DNA from: Macrostomum lignano
Lineage: Eukaryota
DNA length: 64,000 nt
NCBI GenBank assembly: GCA_002269645.1
Contig: NIVC01001667.1
Coordinates: forward strand, 1 to 64,000
Direction of reading: 5' to 3'
The notes under the pieces are model-generated. The model searched no databases, was not told where the DNA came from, and was given only the letters and a program-made list of their open reading frames with translations. Below are positions 34,899-46,800 of the stretch, piece after piece (position 1 is the first letter of the stretch; the number at the start of each line of letters is the position of its first letter). The position numbers were made by a program, and so were the translations under genes.

Positions 34899-37800
34899 TC
34901 AAATATTCAATCCCTGCACAGACACATCGTTAATATCCGGCCGAGTGTCGCTATTGAAGTTCTGCCGGTTCCGACGAGCTCGCTGGCACGCGCAGGCTGA
35001 CAGGCAGGCCAGAAAGCAGACCAGACCCACAGCCAGCGAGCCCCATTGAACTGCAGCAGCGGCCTTCACAGCTAGAAGTACACTGCCGCGAAACTGATCG
35101 GCGGAATCTGAACCAATAGTGGCCGACTCGTTCACCCACATGATCGGCATGAACACCGGTTTCATGGACTTTGACATGTGAAACCCTGGCCCAGTGACCA
35201 GGGCAAGGTTAATCTGCAATTTCTTTGCCGCTCGCATCACTAAGCCGGTGTTGGGCTCAACATCCAGCACAGTGGCGCAGTCTGGCGATGGCTGCAGACC
35301 AATCACTGAGTCGATGTAGTGCTGAGCAGCCTGGTAGAAGTGCGGCTGTGAGGCCAGGGCTGGCACGCCTGACAGAGGGGGGGAGCAACTGAGCATTTTT
35401 AAACTACTGATAATGAAAATTAGTGCCATTGTTCAACTTTTCCAATGCCTTTTTTCTATAAACGTCTGTTTGCAACGTTTCAGGGCTATTTTATCAATAA
35501 ACTGCCATTTTGAAACTTTCATGTGCCATTTTTCATAGTGCCATTTTTTCAATAACGTGCCATTTTGCCACTTTAGGTGCCATTTTGCCACTTTAAGTGC
35601 CATTTTGCCGCTTTTAGGTGCTATTTTGCCATTTTAAGTGCCATTTTACCACTTAAAGTGCCATTTTGCAACTTTTGAGTGCTATTTTGTCACTTCAAGT
35701 CCCATTTTTTCAATAAAGTGTCATTTTTCAATATAGTGCCATTTTGCCACTTTAAGTGCCATTTTGCCATTTTAGGTGCCATTTTGCCACTTTAGGTGCC
35801 ATTTTGCCACTTTAAGTGCCATTTTGTCATTTTAGGTGCCATTTTGCCACTTTAAGTGCCATTTCGCCACTTTAAGTGCCATTTTGCCACTTTAAGTGCC
35901 TTTTTACACTTTTTGGTGCCATTTTGCCACTTAAAGTGCCATTTTGCAACTTTGTAGTGCCATTTTGTCCCTTCAAGTGCCATTTTTTCAATAAAGTGTC
36001 CTTTTTTGAACATAGTGCCATTTTGCCACTTTAAGTGCCATTTTGCCACTTTAAGTGCCATTTTGCCACTTAAAGTGCCTTTTTTCCACTTTTAGATGCC
36101 ATTTTGCCACCTAAAGTCCCATTTTGCAACTTTTAAGTGCCATTGTGTCACTTCAAGTCCCATTTTTTTTCAATAAAGTGTCATTTTTTTAATATAGTGC
36201 CATTTTGCCACTTTAAATGCCATTTTGCCACTTTAAGTGCCTTTTTCCACTTTTAGGTGCCATTTTGCCACTTTAAGTGCCATTTTGCCATTAAGTGCCT
36301 TTTTTCCAGTTTTTGGTGCCATTTTGCCACTTAAAGTGCCATTTTGCAACTTTGTAGTGCCATTTTGTCCCTTCAAGTGCCATTTTTTCAATAAAGTGTC
36401 ACTTTTTGAACATAGTGCCATTTTGCCACTTTTAGATGCCACTTTGCCACTTTATGTGCCATTTTGCCACTTTATGTGCCATTTTGCCACTTTTAGGTGG
36501 CATTTTGCCACTTATAAATACCTCTTTTCCAACATAGCGCTATTTCGCCACTTGTAAGTGCTATTTTTTCACTTAAGTGACACTTTGTAACTTATAAGTG
36601 GCATTCTTTAAAATTGAAAAAAAAACATTTTGAAACAAGTGACAACTGTTTAAATATAAAAATAATTTGTTGATAAGAAACTGGCAAAAGAAATGAGCAA
36701 GAGCTCACCTGGCTGGCAAGTGGTCAAATTCAGCACCCCTGAGTCCAGACAGATGCCGCCAACGCAGAATCCCTGATTTTCGGGATTCAGAGTTGAATTG
36801 TAGAAAACTTCGGCAGGAGCAGTGAAGCGCAGCAGATCGATGCCCCGAACACTGGTCGGGCCCGCATAGGTCACATAGATAGACCGACAGATGTCTGTGC
36901 TGTAGATGTACAACCGTTTCTTAGGGTCAACAAACGGAGGGAACATTGTGCCATCGGTGCCATTCAGCATGTTTGACGACTTGCTGTCCCAGTTGGATAG
37001 GCTGGTGTTGAACTGCCACCGGTCCACCAGGGCCAGGTGGCCCACGTCAGACTGGCGGGGGGACGAATAGCACATTAATTTATTAGGGGATAAAGCAGTC
37101 AGGAAGAGACAGAATGAAATCCTCAGAGAGTCTGGATGTCAAATCCTGAAAGTGTCAGTATGAGATTCTGAAATTGTCAGCATGAGATTCTGAAATTGTC
37201 AGCATGAGATTCTGAAATTGTCAGTATGAGATTCTGAAATTGTCAGCATGAGATTCTGAAATTGTCAGCATGAGATTCTGAAAGTGTCAGTATGAGATTC
37301 TGAAAGTGTCAGTATGAGATTCTGAAATTGTCAGCATGAGATTCTGAAATTGTCAGCATGAGATTCTGAAATTGTCAGTATGAGATTCTGAAATTGTCAG
37401 TATGAGATTCTGAAATTGCCAGCATGAGATTCTGAAAGTGTCAGTATGAGATTCTGAAAGTGTCAGTATGAAATTCTGAAAGTGTCAGTATGAGATTCTG
37501 AAATTGTCAGTATGAGATTCTGAAATTGTCAGCATGAGATTCTGAAATTGTCAGTATGAGATTCTGAAATTGTCAATATGAGATTCTGAAAGTGTCAGTA
37601 TGAGATTCTGAAAGTGTCAATATGAGATTCTGAAAGTGTCAGTATGAGATTCTGAAATTGTCAATATGAGATTCTGAAATTGTCAGTATGAGATTCTGAA
37701 AGTGTCAGTATGAGATTCTGAAATTGTCAGTATGAGATTCTGAAAGTGTCAGTATGAGATTCTGAAAGTGTCAGTATGAGATTCTGAAAGTGTCAGTATG

Positions 37801-40800
37801 AGATTCTGAAAGTGTCAGTATGAGATTCTGAAAGTGTCAGCATGAGATTCTGAAAGTGTCAGTATGAGATTCTGAAAGTGTCAGCATGAGATTCTGAAAT
37901 TGTCAGTATGAGATTCTGAAATTTTCAGCATGAGATTCTGAAAGTACATGTATATGAGATTCTGAAAGTGTCAGTATGAGATTCTGAAAGTGTCAGTATG
38001 AGATTCTGAAAGTGTCAGTATGAGATTCTGAAAGTGTATGAGATTCTGAAAGTGTCAGCATGAGATTCTGAAAGTGTCAGTATGAGATTCTGAAATTGTC
38101 AGTATGAGATTCTGAAATTTTCAGCATGAGATTCTGAAAGTACATGTATATGAGATTCTGAAAGTGTCAGTATGAGATTCTGAAAGTGTCAGTATGAGAT
38201 TCTGAAAGTGTCAGTATGAGATTCTGAAAGTGTATGAGATTCTGAAAGTGTCAGTATGAGATTCTGAAAGTGTATGAGATTCTGAAAGTGTATGAGATTC
38301 TGAAAGTGTCAGTATGAGATTCTGAAAGTGTCAGTATGAGATTCTGAAAGTGTATGAGATTCTGAAAGTGTCAGTATGAGATTCTGAAAGTGGATCCTGA
38401 AAGTGTCAGTATGAGATTCTGAAAGTGTCAGTATGAGATTCTGAAAGTGTATGAGATTCTGAAAGTGTCAGTATGAGATTCTGAAAGTGTATGAGATTCT
38501 GAAAGTGTCAGTATGAGATTCTGAAAGTGTCAGTATGAGATTCTGAAAGTGGATCCTGAAATTGTCAGTATGAGATTCTGAAATTTTCAGCATGAGATTC
38601 TGAAATTGTCAGTATGAGATTCTGAAATTGTCAGTATGAGATTCTGAAATTGTCAGTATGAGATTCTGAAAGTGTCAGTATGAGATTCTGAAATTGTCAG
38701 TATGAGATTCTGAAAGTGTCAGTATGAGATTCTGAAAGTGTCAGTATGTGATCCTGAAAGTGTCAGCATGAGATCCTGAAAGTGTCAGTATGAGATTCTG
38801 AAAGTGTCAGTATGAGATTCTGAAAGTGTCAGTATGAGATTCTGAAAGTGGATCCTGAAATTGTCAGTATGAGATTCTGAAATTTTCAGCATGAGATTCT
38901 GAAATTGTCAGTATGAGATTCTGAAATTGTCAGTATGAGATTCTGAAAGTGTCAGTATGAGATTCTGAAAGTGTCAGTATGAGATCCTGAAAGCCTCAGC
39001 ATATTATTGTAAAGTTTCCAAGCTTAAAGAAAGTAAAAGACCAGAAACTAAGAGACGAAATGCCCATCAAATGTCAACTGTAATAACAGCTACCATGGCT
39101 AAATACTGGCCCAGTTCCAGCCCAGTTCACAAGACTAACGGGGTCAAATACTTTGCAATCAATAAAAGAAAAATGATCTTTGAACTGCACAATTGCTGCA
39201 AATGTGAAAATAAAAATTTAACCTTAATCTAACCCCGTATTTACTGGTTGCGCGAAACTGGTAATAAACATAAACACACAAATCTGGCAACCAACTTCGC
39301 AACGTGAAATTTTATAAATAAAGTTAATAATACATAACTTTCTCACGCTATTAAATGCGACAGTGGCAATTAAACTTTTATTTACTTTCTATAACAATTT
39401 CCACTTCAGCCGAATATTGCAAGATTTGGCAAAAACACGTGCCATTTCTAAACTGACTGTGCCATTTCTAAACTGACTGTGCCGTTTCTAAACTGACTGT
39501 GCCATTTCTAAACTGACTGTGCCATTTCTAAACTGACTGTGCCATTTCTAAACTGACTGTGCCGTTTCTAAACTGACTGTGCCATTTCTAAACTGACTGT
39601 GCCATTTCTAAACTGACTGTGCCATTTCTAAACTGACTGTGCCATTTCTAAACTGATTGTATCTTTTCTAAACTGTCTGTGCCATTTCTAAACTGACTGT
39701 GCCATTTCTAAACTGACTGTGCCATTTCTAAACTGTCTGTGCCATTTCTAAACTGACTGTGCCATTTCTAAACTGATTGTATCTTTTCTAAACTGTCTGT
39801 GCCATTTCTAAACTGATTGTGCCATTTCTAAAGTGTCTGTGCCATTTCTAAACTGATTGTATCTTTTCTAAAGTGTCTGTGCCATTTCTAAACTGATTGT
39901 ATCTTTTCTAAACTGACTGTGCCATTTCTAAACTGATTGTATCTTTTCTAAACTGACTGTGCCATTTCTAAACTTAAGATGCCATTTTAAAAGTGACGCT
40001 GGCCTTCTCTAACTGACTTGCTATTCTCAAAGCAAACAATAGTAACAATCAGACTAAAAGCAGGTAACTCACCTGCCCAGTGAATATCAGATACTCTCCA
40101 TCGTCACTGCCATTTTTTCCATAGAACAATCCAATTGTAGGATTGATCTTATACCCAACAATTTTAGCAATATCTGCACCAAATTTCAGCGTGGGATCAT
40201 CGTAGCCCCAAAGAATCTCTTTAACCGACCGGTGCATCACTGGTGGATTATGAGTCGATTTAAACAAATCATCAGCTAACAGCTGCAGTACTGACGAACT
40301 GTAGCGTAGCATGTTGGTAAGAGTGAAATATGCCAGGTTAGCTATGGACAGTTCGGTTTCCTCTGGACAGCAGGACAAGTCCGGTCGGAAGTGAAAGGAT
40401 CGATACTCTTTATATGCAATGGTAGAGTTCGAATAGGCAGTTATGTTGCCTTTATTACGCTGCTCTTCGTAGGTGAACGGACCAATCTGATCAACTGCCG
40501 GCTTGGCCCCGTTAAGAAATTCGACACCATTGGTGAGGTTGAACAGCCAGAACTGCATGTAGATTGGCGTCGAGTCGCTGGGCGACTCCCATGTACTGTA
40601 CGTGACGCTACCATTGGCAATGGGCAGCATTGTAGCAATGAGATTGTGGAACACAACAGGGAAAGCAACAGCGACAGTGATTGACAGGCAGATTAGAGCG
40701 AAACCAAAACCGATGCCGCTGCCAAGAGCGCAGCGGGACTTAGTACAGCGTGTACTTTTCTGAGCGCCGACACCATCGGGTGGAGTCAAATAATCTCGAT

Positions 40801-40825
40801 CTGTGTGACCCACGTCCTGCGACAT
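34899..40825 (-). CDS. CD36/SR-B (LIMP-2-like) scavenger receptor, copy 2 (521 aa)
   Basis: Three exons: 40073-40825 (ATG MSQDVG; TM GIGFGFALICLSITVAVAF; WLFNLTN, IGPFTY, GYDDP), 36709-37051 ([24 protein letters not shown]), 34899-35368 (SQPHFY, VEPNTG, KKLQIN, WVNES, C-terminal TM). Phases 0 and 1 are consistent; AATAAA on - strand at 34861-34866. Confidence 0.95.
35500..36600. repeat. 20-bp minisatellite (GCCATTTTGCCACTTTAAGT)
   Basis: Fills CD36 copy 2 intron 2. Confidence 0.93.
37140..38990. repeat. 22-bp minisatellite (ATGAGATTCTGAAAGTGTCAGT)
   Basis: CD36 copy 2 intron 1; about 80 units. Confidence 0.95.
39437..39975. repeat. 20-bp minisatellite (GCCATTTCTAAACTGACTGT)
   Basis: CD36 copy 2 intron 1. 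Confidence 0.95.
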
Positions 40826-40889
40826 TGTGTGGCTGTGGGCAGCGTAGAATATCGTATGCAATTACATAAAACACAATGAACCCAACAAA

Positions 40890-40990
40890 ATAAATAATTT
40901 ATTTTATCTGTGTGTCTTGAGGGAGTCGGCCTTCACAAGTGTTAATTGCACGACAAATTAATTTGGCCGCGCACGGACTCAAACCGGAGG
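40890..40990 (-). mobile_element. Short copy of the same SINE family
   Basis: Minus strand GGTTTGAGTCC..CAAATTAATTTGT..CGTGCAATTAAC..GAAGGCC plus A-rich tail; about 65 nt upstream of the CD36 copy 2 ATG. Confidence 0.5.
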
Positions 40991-42344
40991 ATTGTTGACG
41001 CAGCAAGTCAAGCGCGCCGAGAGGAATTGGGGTGGTGGGGCCTCCAACTAGCGCGGAGGGGTAGAGAAATCAGGGCAAGATGTACAAGGGACTCCTTTAA
41101 GCTTAAAAATGCACATTTGCGTCTCAGCGGTGGGGGTGGGGAGGGTGCAGATGTACACAAGGACGACTTGAGTAGGTGTTTCGTTTCTTGGAAAATAATT
41201 GGAGGCTAAAGGGAACTATGAGAACTAGAGAGAGAATGCAAGGCAAGTGCATTATTCGCGCGAAATCTGCGTTCATCAAAATATCTATTTTACCAAGAAA
41301 GAAGTTCTATACACAGATACTAGAATCTGTTACAGATACTAGATGGGCCGCTCAACAAATATGCTTGTAAGCTACTTTCAGTTCGATAGTAAGTTTAACA
41401 GAAGCATTTTAATGCACTGTTAAAGACAAGGCTCATTGCTTGGGCTTCAAAACTTATCAAAGTCATTTCAGCTGCCGTTATTTTTATAAAATAGCTTATG
41501 CATTCTTCTTTGCTACTGAACTGAAAGTAGAAAGCTGTTTTATTAGGTATATATGCCTGAGTGGCGCATCCCAGTTATTCTAGCATATTCTCTAATATAA
41601 AAACTCGAATCGAAGTGTCTTAAAATGACAATATTTTTTTCTTCTAACACCTAATTAAGATTAAAATTTTTAAGATAAAAAATCCAATATACTGTTTTGT
41701 ATTCCAAAAATGTTTATTGATCCAAAAAAGACAGGACCAGACAGTTAAGCCAGTTTATATATCCGGCAATATTGCCAAAAAAGGTACGCGGAAGACAAAA
41801 CGCAAACAGTTTAATAGAATTTACTGAAAAGGCCAAAATTTTCGTAACTAATTACATTATACTTATAAATAATGCTTAAACTTAAACTAATCTGAAAATG
41901 TGGCACAAAATGATCTGATAGACAGTTAACACTACTATAAGTAGACCATGTGGAAGAAAAACCAAAGAAAAGATAATTAAAACTGAAGTGAACTGGGAGT
42001 ATTGAGACAAAAATGCGTAGAAAAACAAAAACAAAAAAACAACAATATTTTGGCATGCCAAACGCTTGAACCAGTGGATGTTCGCATGCTTATTGCACTA
42101 AAACTTTTCTATTTTTCTCTTTATACACGCTTTTTTTGCACAGCAGAAGCATTAAAAGTTGCAAAAAATGAGGAGAGTCAGTGCATTGTCTTCAAACACG
42201 ATAAATATTTACTAAGATTATATTTCTATGGTAATATCCATAGAGTAAAACTTGCAGTACATAGCATACAATTAAATTTAAAATGAAAAAACTAAATGGC
42301 TGGGAACATGGATTGACGCTGCGAGTGGGAGAACAAAGTGGCCG

Positions 42345-43310
42345 GAGTAGAGAGGGGAAGCGGGGGATAGAGTAGAAGCGGGGGATAGAGAGTGAAAGCG
42401 GGGTGGTAGAGAGTGGAAGCGGGGATAGAGTGGAAGCGGAATTAGAGAGTGGAAGCGGGGATAGAGATTGGGAAGCGGGGATAGAGAGTGGAAGCGGGGA
42501 TAGAGAGTGGAAACGGGGATAGAGATTGGGAAGCGGGGATAGAGAGTGGAAGCGGAGGGTAGAGAGTGGAAGCGGGGATAGAGTGGAAGCGGAATTAGAG
42601 AGTGGAAGAGAGGATAGAGAGTGGATGCGGGGATACGGATTGGGAAGCGGGGATAGAGAGTGGAAGCGGGGATAGAGATTGGGAAGCGGGGATAGAGATT
42701 GGGAAGCGGGGATAGAGATTGGGAAGCGGGGATAGAGAGTGGAAGCGGGGATAGAGAGTGGAAGCGGGGATAGAGAGTGGAAGCGGGGATAGAGATTGGG
42801 AAGCGGGGATAGAGAGTGGAAGCGGGGATAGAGATTGGGAAGCGGGGATAGAGAGTGGAAGCGGGGATAGGGATTGGGAAGCGGGGATAGAGAGTGGAAG
42901 CGGGGGTAGAGAGTGGAAGCGGGGGGTAGAGTGGAAGCGGGGGATAGAGAGTGAAAGCGGGGGGGTAGAGAGTGGAAGCGGGGGTAGAGAGTGGAAGCGG
43001 GGATAGAGTGGAAGCGGAATTAGAGAGTGGAAGCGGGGATAGAGTGGAAGCGGAATTAGAGAGTGGAAGCGGAATTAGAGAGTGGATGCGAGGATAGAGA
43101 GTGGATGCGGGGATAGGGATTGGGAAGCGGGGATAGAGAGTGGAAGCGGGGATAGAGATTGGGAAGCGGGGATAGAGAGTGGAAGCGGGGATAGAGATTG
43201 GGAAGCGGGGATAGAGATTGGGAAGCGGGGATAGAGATTGGGAAGCGGGGATAGAGAGTGGAAGCGGGGATAGAGATTGGGAAGCGGGGATAGAGAGTGG
43301 AAGCGGAGGG
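42345..43310. repeat. 19/20-bp minisatellite (GAGAGTGGAAGCGGGGATA)
   Basis: Direct read. Confidence 0.95.
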
Positions 43311-43883
43311 TAAAAAGCAGCGAAAAGAAGACAGGAAGCACAGAATAAAGAGTGGAAACCCAAGATAGATATGGGAATCGAGTGAATAGATAGAAAGGAG
43401 AGATGGAGGCCAAACAATCGTGGAAAATGACTAAATCAAATGCTCTCCGAAATTGTGTAGATTTATGGAAGACAGACGAATAAACAAGACTGTGAATATG
43501 AAGATATTAAGTAAATAATGATGATGAATTCGTTTGTTAACATTTGTTTTTTAACTACGAGAATAAATATGGCGCCTCAGCAGAATTGTATTAGCCGTAT
43601 ATTTATTTTCTAGTGTGTATAATAAATATGCATTATGGGGAGGCTGTGGTAGATGAGACAATTTATATAATCATCTAATGTTGCTAGATTATTACTTTAT
43701 AAATTTTAGAAAAAGCACACAAAACTAAAATAACAAGTAGCAATATTGTTTGGCAGCTGTGTTAGAGATATAAATCAATATTTCTAGTTTTCTGTTAGCT
43801 AAAAAAACACAACGAGCCGATGGAAGAAAAGGTAAAAAGAAAGCGACCAAATACATTCTTATTAATTTTTTGTTTTATTATTA

Positions 43884-46800
43884 CTAAACCAAACTGCCGT
43901 GCACCCGAAACCGGTATAGGCAGGTGTGCTCAGCTCCGTGATTGGAGCGGATCACGAGTTCAACAGCTGGATAGACTCTATCGCGATGAGGACTATCGGC
44001 CGGAATGGCGAAGGTCTGGCTAGACGGTCCCTTATCGGCATCATAGGAAAAATCGCCCAGCAACTGAGCCTGCTGAAATGAGTCCTGCTCGTTAACCAGA
44101 CCGTAGATTGAGAAATTCTTTGGCGCGCTGTCTGCCGACCCGTTGTAGGTCAGGCTGCGCGGCACGTGATCAATGGTCACGTGACTGACGCGGGCGGGCG
44201 CGGCCAGGCGGACAATCACGTGACCGGGGAAGCCTAAGAATGGCCAGCACTCGCCCAGCTGCAGGCCAGGCTGTAGGGCAACGTTGGGCCCATTTGAATA
44301 GGAGAATACAGGCACGCCGAACAGGTGGAAATATGATCGTTTAACTGTATAGGCCTTGGTGCACCGGATGCTGACAACATAGCCGCCGGCTGTGTGCAAA
44401 GCAAAATCTGCCAGTTCATCGGCTGGCGATTGGCATCGGGCCGATTTAGAATCTAACAAGCCACTCATACTACTGCTGCCAGTAGAAATGGAAGCTTGAA
44501 CAGATTCCAATCGATTAAGACGAGTTTGAAATTCTAGCACCGATTTTCGCAGCTCTTCAATATCTGCTAATTGTTTTTGCTGCTGTTGCTGTTGTTTAAA
44601 ATCGGAATCTTTCCTAGTAAATAATTCGGCATTCGATTCAGACAATAATTGTACACGATTCCACACTGTGACGAAATATCTCCGATGCTGATTGGCTAGT
44701 CTGCTTAGATCGGCGCGCAGGCTGGCTAGCTCTAAGCGCCTGGCGGACTCTGATTGGTTTACAGCGGCCACAGCGGCGGCCGAGGCGGCGGCGGCTGCGT
44801 CGGCTGTAGCCGCTGTCTCATCCGATTGGCGACTCAAACGCTGAGCAATAGAGTCAACCTGGGAGGTGACGCTGGCCAATTTTGACGATAAAGAACCTGA
44901 CAGAGCTTCGGTAGAATCAGCTGAACGAGCGGCGGCCGACTGCTCAACTGCTAGCTTAAACGAAGCAGACAACTTCTCAGTGGATGCTTCCGTATTGGCA
45001 AAGCGCAGCTCCAACTGTTTGAGCTGGTTAGCAAGAGTCTGCACAGTTTCAGCGGAGGCTACATCAACTGCGGCGGCAGAAGTGGTAGCCGCAGCGGCAG
45101 CAGCAGCATCAAGACGTTGCTGTTGAAGATCAGCTACAGCGGTGCGCAGACCGGACACCTGCAGTTCCAGAGCTGACAGATCAACGCCGCCACAGCAGCC
45201 AGGACTGGCGGCAGCGCCAGTCTCACTAGCAGGAGTCGGCGATGGCAGCGGCGTAGCTGACGAAGGAATCTTCGACTCTGTCGATAAATTAGTAGCTGGC
45301 CAAGTTGGCACCAAGCTAGCAGCCATGGTTGCTATAGCAACAAAACTATCGCGTAACCATAGCAACAGGCAGTTAGAAGCGGAGTTGGCAACATGCCAAG
45401 CTTGGCTAGAAAACTTGGCAACAGACTTGCTAGCGGATGAGACAGACTCTCGGATTGCTGCCCGACTGACTGGAGGCGACAGTTTTGAGTAGTACCCAGA
45501 ACTAGTCGGCACCAGCCAAAGCAGAATACCAATTACAATCAGCAGCAATAGCAGAAGCAAGACAAGAAAGCACAAGCAGGAGAAGCGCCTGTTGCGGCTT
45601 GGACTAATCAAAACAAAACTGCGATAGGTTCTTTCTCGAGTAGTTAGCACCAAGGTTCGAACTGCGGACGCAGAGTACTGCAGGACCCAACCAGCTATGG
45701 ACTTAGTAGAGGCAGTGGCTACAACAGTCGCCCTGTTGGCGTACCTCAGCATGGAAGCAACAGAACCGACTGTCATAGCGAACGCATTGGCGAATCCGCG
45801 CCTAATACCGCCGCCAACTTGACCAATACCCGTTGCCAGTCTGCAGCTAGCAGCGCGTGCCGAATTTAATAACAGCGCAATTCCACTGGTTACTATGGCA
45901 ACCGTATGCTTTGCTGTGTTTGATAATTTGTTAGCAGTACGATTCAAAGTCAGCTTAGCAAAATAATAGATCGCGCCAAGTAACCATAGCAACGGGTGAG
46001 TCGCGCGTCTAATTAGACTTTGCCTTCTCGCTCTGGTTTCCATGGCAACGCCACCCGCAGCGTCCTCGGCGGCAGCGGAGGCCAGCTGGTCACTAAAAGC
46101 AGGCATTAAATTGTCTTTAGTGCCGAGGCGAGCTTCAATAGACCCTTTCTCCATAACCAGATCGTCCGCATCGCTGAGCTGCGCTTCATCAATATCTCTT
46201 TCATCCTCAGCTTCCACTGTCTGTCGCTTGTTGCTGTTATTACTATTGCTGCTCCACAACAAGGAACTGAAACCGCCGCTTAACATTCGTCTAAAACTGC
46301 CAATTTTGCTGCTGCTTTCAGAAGCAACCAACTGCTGGTCGACATCTTCTTCTTGAAGTTCTTCGTCTTCCTCTTCTTGGCTGCTTCTGTTGCTATTATT
46401 GTTGCTAAAGCTTAGCCGCGATCGCAGGCCAACAAATCCACTATTGCTGACACTGCCGCTAGCGCTAGTTCCGCTTCTTACTACTTGCCTAGTAGTATAC
46501 GTAGTAGTAGTAGTAGTTCTAGTAGACGTAGTAGTCATAGAGCCGCTTGCAGCGCTCTCTACTATGCGTCGATTTCGATAGCCACGAAGATTTCCAACGC
46601 TGCCAACAGCAGCCACGGCGGCAGGGGCGTCTGTTATGGACGACGATACGGTGGACAGCGTCGGGGACAGAGACGAGGGCGTCGCCGTCTGGCTTGGAGC
46701 GGCATGGTCATGCTGATGACCCCCTGATCGGCGGGATAGAGACGAGCGCACCTGCGGAGTTATGTTTATGAGGCATATTTATGGCAGAGCACTAGACCGA

